IMG/VR virus record: IMGVR_UViG_3300035698_029839
Span: 1 to 64,000 of that record
DNA: 64,000 bases
Reading direction: 5' to 3' (one strand)
A program made the position numbers and the translations under genes. The notes under the pieces are model-generated. The model searched no databases. It saw only the letters and a program-made list of their open reading frames with translations, and was not told the origin of the DNA. Shown piece by piece: positions 20,782 through 30,981 of the stretch (position 1 is the first letter of the stretch; each line of letters opens with the position of its first letter).

Positions 20782-22440
20782 ATGAAATCAGTTAGTAAAA
20801 AAGTGAGTGAAGCAACATTGGCAGAAATGTGTACCGATAAGTTTAAGGATGATTTTTTCAATATGTTACGTTGTCGTTATCCTTTATTCTACATTACACA
20901 TAATGAAGAAAAAAGATTAACACAATTTTTAACTCATTTTTGTACAGTAAAAGGGTACGAGTGTTTTCTTTGGGACAGTTATAATGGTTTGGTAAGTTTG
21001 GCTAGTGGAGAAGAAGTAGCTGGTACTACCGAAGAGTTGAAGAATAATCCATTAGCTATTCTTGATCATATTATTAGCGAGGGAAGAGCTTTTGAAAAAC
21101 AGAAATCAAGTGTTCAAGAAAAAAAGGAAAAGGGTGTCAACGGAATTATATATGTCCTTTTAGATTATTTTAATTTTATTACCCCGAACCCAGATATTGA
21201 GAGGCGATTTGTAGCAATATCTAATTTGAATTGTATTGTTAGCACTATTTGTACTGGTCCTTATTACCAAGCTACGGATGTGGTTCAGAACATTCTTCCT
21301 ATGATAGAATTTCCTTATGCCAATAAAAAAGAAATTCGTCATGCTTTATATGACGTAGTTAAAGGTGCTGAGAGAAAGATTCCCGACATAGCAAAGAAAA
21401 CTAAGGTAATGGAAGAAGAACTTATTAATGCTGTCACTGGCTTAACATTAATGGAGGCACAAACTGCTTTTTCAAAATCTCTTGTCTCTTTTCATGATTG
21501 GAACATACCTCTTATTCTCGAAGAGAAAAAACAAATTATAAGTAAGGGTGGTCTATTAGAGTATTTTGATAAGCCTGTTTCTATGGAAGATATTGGTGGG
21601 TTAAAGAATTTAACGAAATGGATAAAAGATAGAAAGACATGTTTCTCACAAGAAGCTGAAGATTATGGGTTAAATAAGCCAAGAGGTTTACTTACTATTG
21701 GTATGCCTGGTTGTGGAAAATCGTTGGTTTGCAAGGCTATTAGTAGCGTTTGGAAGATGCCTCTGTTAAGACTTGATTTCGGAAAACTTTTTGGTAGTCT
21801 TGTCGGAGATTCCGAAAAGAATGCCAGAGAAGCAATTAGGCAAGCCGAGGCTATAGCTCCAGCAATTTTATGGATTGACGAAATTGAAAAAGCAATATCG
21901 GGTAATAGTTCAAGTAGTCAGACGGACGGTGGAACTACTAGTCGTGTGCTGAGCACTTTTCTTACATGGATGCAGGAAAAAACTTCTCCTGTTTTTGTTG
22001 TTGCAACAGCTAATGATCATCAGGCTATTCCTCCTGAGTTTTTAAGGGCAGGTCGTTTTGATGAGATATTTTTCGTGGATTTGCCAAATATAGATGAAAG
22101 AGAAGAAATATGTAATGTGCTTCTTAGACTTAGAAATATCGACTCAAAAAAGATGAACACAATACTAATGGCCGAAAAAAGCGAAGGATACAGTGGCGCT
22201 GAAATTGAAAAGGGTATTGATAATGCCATGTTGGTTGGTTTTAAAGATGGTGCTAGACAAATTGATACTGATGATATTGTATTTGCTCTTGGTCAATTTA
22301 AATCTCTTTTCGATATGAGAAAAGCAGATTTTGAAGAACTTATAGAATGGGCTGAAAATAAATGCAGAATGGCCAATGCGGAATCTAAGAATATTGTCAA
22401 TTTAGGACAGCATAGTTCAGCTAAGGATTTAGATTTATAG
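20782..22440 (+). CDS. AAA+ ATPase, Ycf46/SpoVK-like (inactive N-domain plus one AAA module)
   Basis: DIGGLKNL, GMPGCGKS, LWIDEIEK, ATAN, PPEFLRAGRFDEIFFVDLP, GYSGAEIE; ends KDLDL. Confidence 0.9.
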   Translation: MKSVSKKVSEATLAEMCTDKFKDDFFNMLRCRYPLFYITHNEEKRLTQFLTHFCTVKGYECFLWDSYNGLVSLASGEEVAGTTEELKNNPLAILDHIISEGRAFEKQKSSVQEKKEKGVNGIIYVLLDYFNFITPNPDIERRFVAISNLNCIVSTICTGPYYQATDVVQNILPMIEFPYANKKEIRHALYDVVKGAERKIPDIAKKTKVMEEELINAVTGLTLMEAQTAFSKSLVSFHDWNIPLILEEKKQIISKGGLLEYFDKPVSMEDIGGLKNLTKWIKDRKTCFSQEAEDYGLNKPRGLLTIGMPGCGKSLVCKAISSVWKMPLLRLDFGKLFGSLVGDSEKNAREAIRQAEAIAPAILWIDEIEKAISGNSSSSQTDGGTTSRVLSTFLTWMQEKTSPVFVVATANDHQAIPPEFLRAGRFDEIFFVDLPNIDEREEICNVLLRLRNIDSKKMNTILMAEKSEGYSGAEIEKGIDNAMLVGFKDGARQIDTDDIVFALGQFKSLFDMRKADFEELIEWAENKCRMANAESKNIVNLGQHSSAKDLDL

Positions 22441-22443
22441 AAT

Positions 22444-23760
22444 GTCAATTACCTCCACCATAAAGGTGGAGGCTTGTAACTATCGTCAGGATGACGATGC
22501 TACAATGGGCTGATTGACCACAACCCTACTTAGGTAAGATATACTATCTAAGTAATTTTGTTTTATGTTAAATGCAGCATTTAGGTCAGCATTTAGTTGA
22601 TAAGAACATTTAGAACACTTAAATTGAGATTGATTTTTACGATTAGAACGAGAAATATGATTACATTTACTACATTTTTGAGAAGTATAACGAGCAGAAA
22701 CGTGTTCTATTTGAATACCTTTTTCTTCTGCTTTGTACTTCAAGAATTGTTCAAATTGGTAAAAATTCCATTTGTGAAGTTCTCTTCTCTGTTTTTTTCT
22801 CAATCTAACGTTCTGACGGATACCTGTCAATTCTTCAAGAATAATAGTGCTTCCTGGATTTGCAGACTTTACGATTTGTTTAGCAGTGCAATGATTTACA
22901 TCTCTACGATAACTGTTAACCTTTTTAGAAAGTTTTTTAAGGTGTCTTTTTGCAGATTTAGTTCCTTTACTTTGCAACTTGCTTTTAATTCTTTCGTACT
23001 TATCTGTTATTCTTTTAATTTCAGAACCACTAAAAAATTGTTTTTCAGATGTTACTGCTATTTTTTTAATACCACGATCTACTCCTACATAAGTATCTGT
23101 TTTAGGAATATCTGTTTTTTCAGTAGAAACTACAATATTAAGAAAAACTGTATGATTTCTAATCATAAGTTCAACAGAACATTTGTTCCAAGTAACATAT
23201 TGTTTAAAATAGTCTGGGACTTGAATAAAATATTTCTTCCTGCCATTGATAGTAAGAAGAGAAATCTTTTCTTTGTCGAACCAGATAGTAATAGTTTTTA
23301 TCGTACCTGATAGAACACTGTTTAGAAACTGGTTGAGTAGCTTTTTTCTTCTTGATTATTTTAGATCTAACAGATTTAAGGGTTTCAGTTGCTTTCGTTC
23401 TAGCAGAGATAGCAAGTTGAGAAGGAAGATTAAATTGTTCTCTAACAGTTTTATAGGTCTTGTGGTGTAGAGATATAGCATTATAATCACTATCTTGCCA
23501 ACCTTGTTGGCATATAAGATTATATGCTTTTGTATATGCTTGAATAGTTGGTAGTATTTCTGTTTCAGGTATATCTAATTTAAGTTTAATTGTACGAGTT
23601 AACTTCATATATGTATATTATTGGGTTATATGAGAAAATCCTTTAATTATTTTAAAAAATGTTAATTTTAGAAAAAATAAGTTTTGAGATACTTCGTCAG
23701 CCTTCGGCTGACTTAATGTCTCATTCCTCCCCTCCCACAAGGGAAGGGGTTTCCTGAGAC
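22444..23760 (-). mobile_element. Non-autonomous IS200/IS605-family (IS1341-like) element carrying tnpB only
   Basis: Terminal hairpins CCTCCACC-ATAAA-GGTGGAGG (about 22451-22471) and GTCTCA..CCCCTCCC-ACAA-GGGAAGGGG..TGAGAC (about 23718-23760); opposite strand to neighbours; no tnpA. Confidence 0.8.
22486..23608 (-). pseudogene. tnpB: TnpB RNA-guided nuclease split by one frameshift near 23290
   Basis: N-part MKLTRTIKLKL...SIRYDKN continues in another frame as TIWFDKEKISLLTINGR...; RuvC motifs GVDRG, ILEEL, TSQKCSKC, NADLNAA intact. Confidence 0.85.
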
Positions 23761-23767
23761 AAAGAAT

Positions 23768-24625
23768 ATGAAGAATATAGAAAAACTTAAAAGACAATAT
23801 ATTGGCAATCTGGCTAAGAAAAATGGGAAGAAGATAGATGATTTAACTGATAGGGAATTACGAACACTTTCTCCTCCTGCGGAATTTTGGGCTTATAAAA
23901 ATCTTGTGATTCCAGATGGTTTCGGTGCATACTCTATCTTTGATTTTAATGGTTATGCCATAAATAAAAAAGATAATAGTATAGCTAATACTCTTTCTTC
24001 AGGAGTATCTCTCATAGCTAAGGATAAGATATGTAGATATTGTTGGGGTCTAACATGGGAAGAAATTTCTCGACAACAAGAGAAAGATAAAAATTCTATG
24101 AGACAATATTTTAGAGATCACCAAATAATGATGAAAAGGTATGAGAATGGTGATAATATTGTTATTTTTGGGCAGTCACAAAGGCCTATAGGTAGAACAA
24201 TGTTGGCTTCTATTGTTATGAAGGAAGCTTTGAGATTAAGAGTGTCTGATAAGATTAAAGATCATAGTTACGACTGGGTTGATTTCTCTAAATTATTTGT
24301 GCTTATTGAAAAAGGTACTAGAAAAGATAATAGAGAAGAAGAAGAGACAATGGAATTAACGAATTATAGTACTTGTGATTGGCTTGTAGTCGATAATATT
24401 CAAAAGAAAGCAAGATCTGATAAACAAACAACTTTAATAAGTGATCTTATAGATCCTTTTTTCTTAAACAGATATGAGAGAAAACAGCCTACCATTTTAG
24501 TATTTAAGTTTGATATAAGAGATAAGCATTTTGATATGGAAAAAACTTTTGGGATTGGAATTGGTAGAATACTCGAAAGTAGAAGGACTTTTAAAATACC
24601 TTTAAGTGAGAATTTATTAAGTTAA
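23768..24625 (+). CDS. DnaC/IstB-like helicase loader (degenerate P-loop)
   Basis: IVIFGQSQRPIGRT, WLVVDN, RYERKQPTIL; directly upstream of DnaB. Confidence 0.6.
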   Translation: MKNIEKLKRQYIGNLAKKNGKKIDDLTDRELRTLSPPAEFWAYKNLVIPDGFGAYSIFDFNGYAINKKDNSIANTLSSGVSLIAKDKICRYCWGLTWEEISRQQEKDKNSMRQYFRDHQIMMKRYENGDNIVIFGQSQRPIGRTMLASIVMKEALRLRVSDKIKDHSYDWVDFSKLFVLIEKGTRKDNREEEETMELTNYSTCDWLVVDNIQKKARSDKQTTLISDLIDPFFLNRYERKQPTILVFKFDIRDKHFDMEKTFGIGIGRILESRRTFKIPLSENLLS

Positions 24626-24626
24626 T

Positions 24627-26240
24627 ATGAACGAAATACTTAGCATACAAGAAGAAAGAGAATTAATATATTTATTGCTTCATCATAAGGACGCAATAGA
24701 TCGTTTTCATAATAGTAGTTTGTCATCAAAATTCTTTAGCGAAGAAAATACGCCTGTTGTTTTAGCTATTTTGGAGACACATGATAAGCATGATGTTTTG
24801 CTGACTAGGAAATCTTTTAAAGAACGATTAAAATTTAATACGGTTCCTAAAGAAAGGATTTCTCAAGAATTGGCGTTTAGTTCTTGTTATTCTGCGTCTG
24901 CTAAGATGGCAGATTTGCCAATGTTGATGCAAAAAATTATTGATAATAATGTTCAGAGTTCTATTATTGTTGCTTTAGAAAAATATAGCAAAAATAATAA
25001 GAAAATTGGCAATATCTCTGCGATCAAAGATTTGGTTAATGATTGCGAGGGCATATTAAAAGGATCGAGAGCATCAGAAGGAAAATCTTATTATGATGAT
25101 ATTAGAGAATTATCTAAAACGAGAGTTCAATATATCGAAGATGTTCGTAGTGGTAAGATTAAAGAAGATCCTCTTATTTTAAGTGGCATAAGAGAAATTG
25201 ATCATACTATGGTTACAGGTTTTGCTAAGGGAACTTTAACTTTGATATGTGCTGATGTCGGCGGTTTTAAAAGTTCAATGATGCTTAATATGGGTTTGAA
25301 TGTATGGAGAAGTGGATTTAATGTCCTATTCGTCCCTCTTGAAATGCATAGGGATCAGATGTGGACAAGAGCTTGTGCGAGAGAAGCTAGGATACGTGCT
25401 GAATTGCTTACAAGAAATATTAAAGATATTACTGATGAGCAAATGCAAAAGATAAGACATATGAATGACGAGTGGAATAAAAATCCTGCTTTATTTTATA
25501 TAATGGAAGAACCTGGAAGTACCAGTGTTTTAAATATACAGAGACAGATAGAAAGAAATATAGAACTTATTAAACCTAAACTTGTAGTTATTGATTATGT
25601 TGCTAATTTAGAAGCTCACAAAAATAGATACGGCAGAAATGATCTCGAGATTGGGGACATGTTGAAAACTATGAGGCAAATGGGTAAAAATTTAGATTTT
25701 GCTGTATTATCAGCGGCCCAATTAGGAAGAGAGGCATTAAAAAGAGTTAGAAGTGCAAGTGCTGACAGAGATAAAACTTCTATCAATTCGGAGGATATTA
25801 GAGGGTCTCACGAATATGCAGCCGATGCTGATAATATTTTTGCACAATTGAAACATATACAACAGCCATCAGAGTTGTTAGATATATTTTGTGTTAAATC
25901 TAGAAATGGTCCAACAGTTTTTGAAAATGATAAAGTTAGAGCTACTCTTAATGTCCATCCTGCATATGGTTTGATTTGTAGCCCCATATATGATCAAGAA
26001 GCATCAGGAGATCCAGAGCAAGTTGAAGAAAATGAAAATGTTGTAGCAGATATTACAGATTTGATGGACAAAATGGAAGATGAAGAAGCTATAGGTGCAA
26101 AGGTTTTCGAAGAATCTAATGATATGTATGATGATTATGGTAGTGAGCATGATGAGGGGTATAATGTTGATGATAACAGCGATATAGAAAAAGCTATAGA
26201 TGATAATGAATTAAGCGATAATTGGCAGGACGATTATTAA
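24627..26240 (+). CDS. dnaB: Replicative DNA helicase DnaB-like
   Basis: ADVGGFKS Walker A variant, LEM, VVIDY, AAQLGR, ADADN, KSRNGP. Confidence 0.85.
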   Translation: MNEILSIQEERELIYLLLHHKDAIDRFHNSSLSSKFFSEENTPVVLAILETHDKHDVLLTRKSFKERLKFNTVPKERISQELAFSSCYSASAKMADLPMLMQKIIDNNVQSSIIVALEKYSKNNKKIGNISAIKDLVNDCEGILKGSRASEGKSYYDDIRELSKTRVQYIEDVRSGKIKEDPLILSGIREIDHTMVTGFAKGTLTLICADVGGFKSSMMLNMGLNVWRSGFNVLFVPLEMHRDQMWTRACAREARIRAELLTRNIKDITDEQMQKIRHMNDEWNKNPALFYIMEEPGSTSVLNIQRQIERNIELIKPKLVVIDYVANLEAHKNRYGRNDLEIGDMLKTMRQMGKNLDFAVLSAAQLGREALKRVRSASADRDKTSINSEDIRGSHEYAADADNIFAQLKHIQQPSELLDIFCVKSRNGPTVFENDKVRATLNVHPAYGLICSPIYDQEASGDPEQVEENENVVADITDLMDKMEDEEAIGAKVFEESNDMYDDYGSEHDEGYNVDDNSDIEKAIDDNELSDNWQDDY

Positions 26241-26863
26241 TGAATTATTATATTAATAGGATATTGCAAGAAAAGAGTATTACTTCTTATTTGGAAAGTA
26301 GGGGAATATTTCCTCAGAAGAGGACAGGAGATAAAGATATTTATCATTGTCCTATTCATCAAGGTGATAACGATCCATCTTTTGTTGTTTATCCTGTCGG
26401 AACTAAAGGAAGAGATTATCAGACATATTATTGCTTTGGCTGTCATTCTGGAATAACTTTGATTAATTTAAAAAGTGCTTTAGAAAACATATCTATTAAA
26501 GAGGTTGTTAAATATTTTATTAAAGATATAAAGATAGATACTAGAGATGTGGTTCTGTCGATAATAGAAGATGCTAAAAAACAAAAATTGGGAATTGAAG
26601 AGAATAAGGGGATAGAATTTTTATTACTAATGATTAACTCTTCGTGCCGTAGACATATTATGGAGGATTGCGAAGCGAACGAAGAAGAAATAGATTTTTT
26701 TGAGAATTTTTTTAAAAAAATAGATGATATTGCAAGAGCCAGGAATCTTGAATTATTACAACAAGTTTCTTTTATTCTGGACGAAGGGAAAGATAAAAGG
26801 TCTAAGGATTATAAGAAAAAGAAAGAAGAAATGGAAATATCTTCTTTAACTTGGAAAATTTAA
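26240..26863 (+). CDS. Stand-alone primase CHC2 zinc-binding domain protein
   Basis: CPIH...DPSF...YYCFGCH. Confidence 0.8.
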   Translation: MNYYINRILQEKSITSYLESRGIFPQKRTGDKDIYHCPIHQGDNDPSFVVYPVGTKGRDYQTYYCFGCHSGITLINLKSALENISIKEVVKYFIKDIKIDTRDVVLSIIEDAKKQKLGIEENKGIEFLLLMINSSCRRHIMEDCEANEEEIDFFENFFKKIDDIARARNLELLQQVSFILDEGKDKRSKDYKKKKEEMEISSLTWKI

Positions 26864-27285
26864 TAGAGAATAAATTTATGATTAATTTTACAGATATAAC
26901 TATTAATGAAGCGGATGGGGTTTTTGCAGATGTAGAGGAAATAATGTTGGCAGAAGTTCCTTCTGTTAAAAATTGGGTTATAAGAAGTTATGTTACAATT
27001 ATTAGTGATAGCGGAGAAGGGACAATGGAGATACAATGTCATGGAGATGGTAATGTTTACATAATAGATTACGACCCGTCAATAGGAGATTTATTTTATA
27101 ATCCTGATATACAAGAGATTTCTATATGGGCTCAGGAAAAAGGGTGGAAAATACCTCAACCTCATCCTGATTTAATTAAATCGAATAAAGAGTTTTGGAA
27201 ATATTTTTATGATACTCTTGTGATAGACTCTGAATATCTCGATAAGTTATATGGGGGTAGACCACAAATAGATGGGAGTAAATAG
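26851..27285 (+). CDS. Hypothetical protein
   Basis: ORF track. Confidence 0.5.
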   Translation: MENLIENKFMINFTDITINEADGVFADVEEIMLAEVPSVKNWVIRSYVTIISDSGEGTMEIQCHGDGNVYIIDYDPSIGDLFYNPDIQEISIWAQEKGWKIPQPHPDLIKSNKEFWKYFYDTLVIDSEYLDKLYGGRPQIDGSK

Positions 27286-27515
27286 TGAATGCAGAAAAAG
27301 CTATAAAAGAAGGATATAAATGTTTTTGTTTACAATGTAACAAGGCTTATAAAAAAACTCCAAGTTATTGGGAGGAAAAAGCCAGTTGCACTGGAGCAGA
27401 GATAGAAATGTGTAGTTGCGGTTCTGATTTGTTTATGTCTTTTGAGCAGTATGTTAAACAACACGAAAAAGAAGATGGGCCTATAGAGAATCGTCTGGAT
27501 ATTTTGGATTTATGA
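27285..27515 (+). CDS. Small Zn-ribbon protein with C-terminal RLDILDL tag
   Basis: CLQC...CSCGS; ends PIENRLDILDL. Confidence 0.6.
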   Translation: MNAEKAIKEGYKCFCLQCNKAYKKTPSYWEEKASCTGAEIEMCSCGSDLFMSFEQYVKQHEKEDGPIENRLDILDL

Positions 27516-27739
27516 AAATTATATGTAATAAATGTGAATACGTCATTGATAGAGACGTACATGTGGAAGGAAAATTAGTAGAAGAATATAAGAATGTATT
27601 TGGGACTACATGTCCTAATTGTAAAAATATTATAAGACCATCTAAGAAACCATTTTTTGATGAAGAAAAAGAAATGAAAATGGGAATTTTTAGAGAAGAA
27701 ATGAGAGAAAAACTTAGAAAAAAGATAAAAGGAGAATAA
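27512..27739 (+). CDS. Small Zn-ribbon protein
   Basis: CNKC...CPNC; ATGA overlap. Confidence 0.55.
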   Translation: MKIICNKCEYVIDRDVHVEGKLVEEYKNVFGTTCPNCKNIIRPSKKPFFDEEKEMKMGIFREEMREKLRKKIKGE

Positions 27740-27741
27740 TA

Positions 27742-28314
27742 ATGCCTATAGAAGAAAAACCTCAGTTATTAGAATTTAATTGTACTCTGGAAAGTATGCC
27801 AGACCTTATGTGGAATATTAAATATGATCCTAATAACACAATAGCTCTTCATATCTCAGGGAATGGACAGGAATTTCATTGTCCTGTTGATTTATTTGGA
27901 GATGTGACTGCCTTTCTTCAAAGTAAAAATATTTTAAAATCCCAAGTTTTAGCTAGAACAGCACCCACATCAGGGATAGCTTCAGGAACTTTTGCTGATT
28001 CTTTACTTCCTCCTAAAATAGAAAATCAAGATACTCCTGCTTCTGTAGGTCCTCCTATAGATGCTTTGTCTTCTTTCGATATAACCGAAGATGAACAATC
28101 AGATAAGTCAGAAGATGTTCCTTCTAGTGGCAAGGTAGTAGTGAATGATAAAGTTATAACTTCAGAAACAAAAGTAGAAGTTATTAGTAGACCTGTCATT
28201 CGTTCAAGAGTGAATAAGGAAGATCCAATGAGTGCTGAGAAAGAGGCAGCTAATATTAGAGGGGCTGGTATTTCTAAAAAAATTATTAAGAAAAAACATC
28301 AGGTGTCAGAATAA
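27742..28314 (+). CDS. Hypothetical protein
   Basis: ORF with GGAG RBS. Confidence 0.55.
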   Translation: MPIEEKPQLLEFNCTLESMPDLMWNIKYDPNNTIALHISGNGQEFHCPVDLFGDVTAFLQSKNILKSQVLARTAPTSGIASGTFADSLLPPKIENQDTPASVGPPIDALSSFDITEDEQSDKSEDVPSSGKVVVNDKVITSETKVEVISRPVIRSRVNKEDPMSAEKEAANIRGAGISKKIIKKKHQVSE

Positions 28315-28529
28315 TGGAGTACAAGTGTCAAACAGTTGATATGCAATGTATGATTGTTGGGGCAAAAGGATTTTTTACTCCTATTTGTGAAAGTTGCACA
28401 ACGTTGGATTGCACTAATCCCATTGAAAAAACTAAAGTGAGTATATTGGGAGTTGTGAAAGAAATAAAAGTTTATAATAGAGGAAATTCTCCAAGACTTG
28501 TAGTACAATGTGAAGGATATATGCCATAA
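28314..28529 (+). CDS. Small Cys-rich protein
   Basis: CESC...C...C. Confidence 0.5.
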   Translation: MEYKCQTVDMQCMIVGAKGFFTPICESCTTLDCTNPIEKTKVSILGVVKEIKVYNRGNSPRLVVQCEGYMP

Positions 28530-29320
28530 TGTTTAGATCTATTAATTTATCAGAAGCTTATTTAAAAGATTATGCTCTTCGTAAAGATGCTAAAAAGCAG
28601 TACGGATCGACTATAAAGAATATTAAAAAAATTAAAGATATAGCTCTTAAAATCATTAAATATCCAGAGCATAAAGAAGCTTATGATTATGTTGATGATT
28701 TATTTCCAAGAGTCAAGGTGAAGGAAGTTTCTGTTTATAAGGTTGCCGCGAAGGATCTGGCAAAAATGGGATATGCTGGAGCAGAAGGTTTTTACGATAG
28801 TATTTCTAAGGCAATAGTTGTTTGCGGGGCTCGTAAACTTACCCAACCAGAAAATAAAAGATATCGCATATTAGCTAAAATTGAAAGAGATGAAGTTATT
28901 GTTCATGAGTTGTGTCATTATTGTTATTTTTTTGAAGGAAAAAGATCAATAAGTAGCGAGATGAGAGAAGAATTCGCTTATGGATGGTCAATTGGATATT
29001 TAAGGCAAAAAGGTTATACTGATGAACAAATAGTGAAATATAATTTTTTACCATATCTGGTAAGTCTTTCATATGATGAAGCTATTAAAAATATATTAGT
29101 ATGGAATAATATAAGTACTTATGAGTATAATAATCATTCTAAATATCAGAGAAAAGAATTTCAAAAAACTTTCTCTGGTAAAGTTTTTGACAGAGCTAAA
29201 GAAATAGCTATGGAAAAAGGGTTCAAATTAATTGATCTTTATTCTAAAAAGATAGAAGAAGGTACGGGTTTATCTGATGAGGAAGAGGATTTAGACCGAT
29301 TTGATTATTTGGATTTGTAA
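28529..29320 (+). CDS. Putative zincin-like metallopeptidase with C-terminal RFDYLDL tag
   Basis: EGFY...VIVHELCH...EEFAY (HExxH plus downstream E). Confidence 0.6.
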   Translation: MFRSINLSEAYLKDYALRKDAKKQYGSTIKNIKKIKDIALKIIKYPEHKEAYDYVDDLFPRVKVKEVSVYKVAAKDLAKMGYAGAEGFYDSISKAIVVCGARKLTQPENKRYRILAKIERDEVIVHELCHYCYFFEGKRSISSEMREEFAYGWSIGYLRQKGYTDEQIVKYNFLPYLVSLSYDEAIKNILVWNNISTYEYNNHSKYQRKEFQKTFSGKVFDRAKEIAMEKGFKLIDLYSKKIEEGTGLSDEEEDLDRFDYLDL

Positions 29321-29373
29321 TAAGAAATAGACGATAAGAAAGAAGAATTAAATCGTCTGGGCATACTGTATTT

Positions 29374-29883
29374 ATGAGTTATGAAAAAAAAATAAATGAT
29401 TATGTAATTAAATTTAAAGATGAACAAAGTTATTTAGAAGCAAAATTAGAAAATTTAAAATTACACCCAGATATACCTTTTCTTGGTTTTATCCAAAATG
29501 AGATGTATAACAGGGAGAAGTGCGAAGTTGAGAGCATAGAAGAAGTTAATGATGGTACTCAATATATTTCTTCTGTTCAAATATTATCGGGAGGTTCTAT
29601 ATCTGAAAACGGGGATTTTGGCGATATTATCGTCGGCAGCGAGAATCTAACCCTTTCTGGTAGTTTAGATTACACCATCAATAATGGGAATAGTCTTTAT
29701 ATAAGTACTGCTGGGGATAATGGTGCTAACTCTAATTATAATTCTTTTATAGGTTGGTCAGCAACTGATTCTCACAATGGTAATAGTAATGTTCTTATTG
29801 GCGGGTACCCTAGTGATCAATCAGAAGAGTTAAAAGAGCCAGAAGATCCAATAGAGAATAGGTTCGATATTTTAGATTTATAA
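29374..29883 (+). CDS. Hypothetical protein with C-terminal RFDILDL tag
   Basis: Gly/Asn-rich NSFIG...NVLIGG segment; ends PIENRFDILDL. Confidence 0.6.
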   Translation: MSYEKKINDYVIKFKDEQSYLEAKLENLKLHPDIPFLGFIQNEMYNREKCEVESIEEVNDGTQYISSVQILSGGSISENGDFGDIIVGSENLTLSGSLDYTINNGNSLYISTAGDNGANSNYNSFIGWSATDSHNGNSNVLIGGYPSDQSEELKEPEDPIENRFDILDL

Positions 29884-29898
29884 GGTGGTATTGCAAAT

Positions 29899-30186
29899 AT
29901 GATAGGTTTTTTTTGGTACAAACATCCTAAAACAGGGGAAATGATTTCAGATCAGAGAATGAGTGGTTATGAGGAGAAACCACTCATAATCAAAGGGGTA
30001 AAATGCGAATTAGTTCGTGATTATATACCTCCTCGTATTAAACATAAAAAACTAGGGCTCTGTATTATTAATAAAAATAGAGAAGTTTTTGAAGCTGATC
30101 CAGACTATGTAAAAAAATGCAGACCAAAATATGTAAAATTCCAAGATGGCCATAAAGAGAGATACGATCCCACAAAACACTGTTAA
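29899..30186 (+). CDS. Hypothetical protein
   Basis: ORF with AGGTGG RBS. Confidence 0.5.
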   Translation: MIGFFWYKHPKTGEMISDQRMSGYEEKPLIIKGVKCELVRDYIPPRIKHKKLGLCIINKNREVFEADPDYVKKCRPKYVKFQDGHKERYDPTKHC

Positions 30187-30190
30187 TGTC

Positions 30191-30225
30191 TTGAAAAGTG
30201 AAAGCCGAAAAGACATAATAAGTAT
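30191..30225 (+). promoter_or_regulatory. Representative copy of recurrent intergenic motif TTGAAAAGTGA (putative phage promoter, class A)
   Basis: Exact or 1-mismatch copies at 13424, 17174, 20724, 30191, 33644, 37690, 39478 and 46758, each about 33-70 nt upstream of a start codon. Confidence 0.65.
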
Positions 30226-30585
30226 ATGAGATTCATACGAAAAGAATTTATAGTCACAACTATATTTAACAAAGAATTAACTGAGAAAGATGAAGTTCTA
30301 ATTGTTTTTAATAATCTGCTAAATGAGAGAATAGAATTCTCTATGATTATGAAAAAATACATGCCTCATCAACAAGATTATTTTAGCATAAGTTTTGAGA
30401 GGGTGAGAGTAAAAAAGATATATGAAAATGATACTGTTGATTTATTAGCTTTCAAAAAAGGAGTTAAAACAAGTATGAAAGCTGTGCCCTTTGATGATGT
30501 TATAGAAATAAATGCGACTACTAAAAAACATAAAATTTTAGATATAAATTCGGACATTGATAGATTCGATATTTTAGATTTGTAA
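30226..30585 (+). CDS. Hypothetical protein with C-terminal RFDILDL tag
   Basis: Ends SDIDRFDILDL. Confidence 0.6.
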   Translation: MRFIRKEFIVTTIFNKELTEKDEVLIVFNNLLNERIEFSMIMKKYMPHQQDYFSISFERVRVKKIYENDTVDLLAFKKGVKTSMKAVPFDDVIEINATTKKHKILDINSDIDRFDILDL

Positions 30586-30594
30586 GGAAAGATT

Positions 30595-30981
30595 ATGGAA
30601 CATAAAATGGGATTAAAAATTATAATGGTTAAAAGTGTTGAAGGGACAGAAGATTTTATAAAGGCAGAATCTAGTATTACAGGTCTCTCTGTTGAACAAG
30701 CTATATTAAATTGTTATTCAAAAGGGACAGTTATTACTATTGTTGCATTTAGTTTGAAAAATGCTATTGAAAGAGTGTTGTATCGATTAAACGCTTTATC
30801 AAAAGAAAAAAGAGAATTTTTTCTTTCGCAAATAGCGTGGGCATTAGTAGAGGTAGTAGATATGACGTGTAAGAAGGCTACTCCTATTCCAATAGGTGCT
30901 CCTGTAAAAGATTCAATAAGAGAAGATAAATTATATCGTATAGCAACATATTTAGAGAAAAATGAAAAAGAAAAAGTTTAG
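30595..30981 (+). CDS. Hypothetical protein
   Basis: ORF track. Confidence 0.5.
   Translation: MEHKMGLKIIMVKSVEGTEDFIKAESSITGLSVEQAILNCYSKGTVITIVAFSLKNAIERVLYRLNALSKEKREFFLSQIAWALVEVVDMTCKKATPIPIGAPVKDSIREDKLYRIATYLEKNEKEKV

Noticed and set aside
22424-22443. Predicted TnpB guide resembles the TTAGATTTATA ends of tagged genes
   Set aside because: Explained by insertion just after an LDL-stop. The best other match (about 33630-33642) mismatches at the guide's 5' seed end, and tnpB is frameshifted.
22597-23310. 237-aa + strand ORF and the other short antisense ORFs in the track
   Set aside because: Shadows of real genes on the opposite strand or frame; F/I/S-rich composition and no motifs.
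23696-23712. GTCAGCC-TTC-GGCTGAC hairpin as an intrinsic terminator
   Set aside because: No convincing U-tract; it lies within the IS left-end region and more likely belongs to the element.
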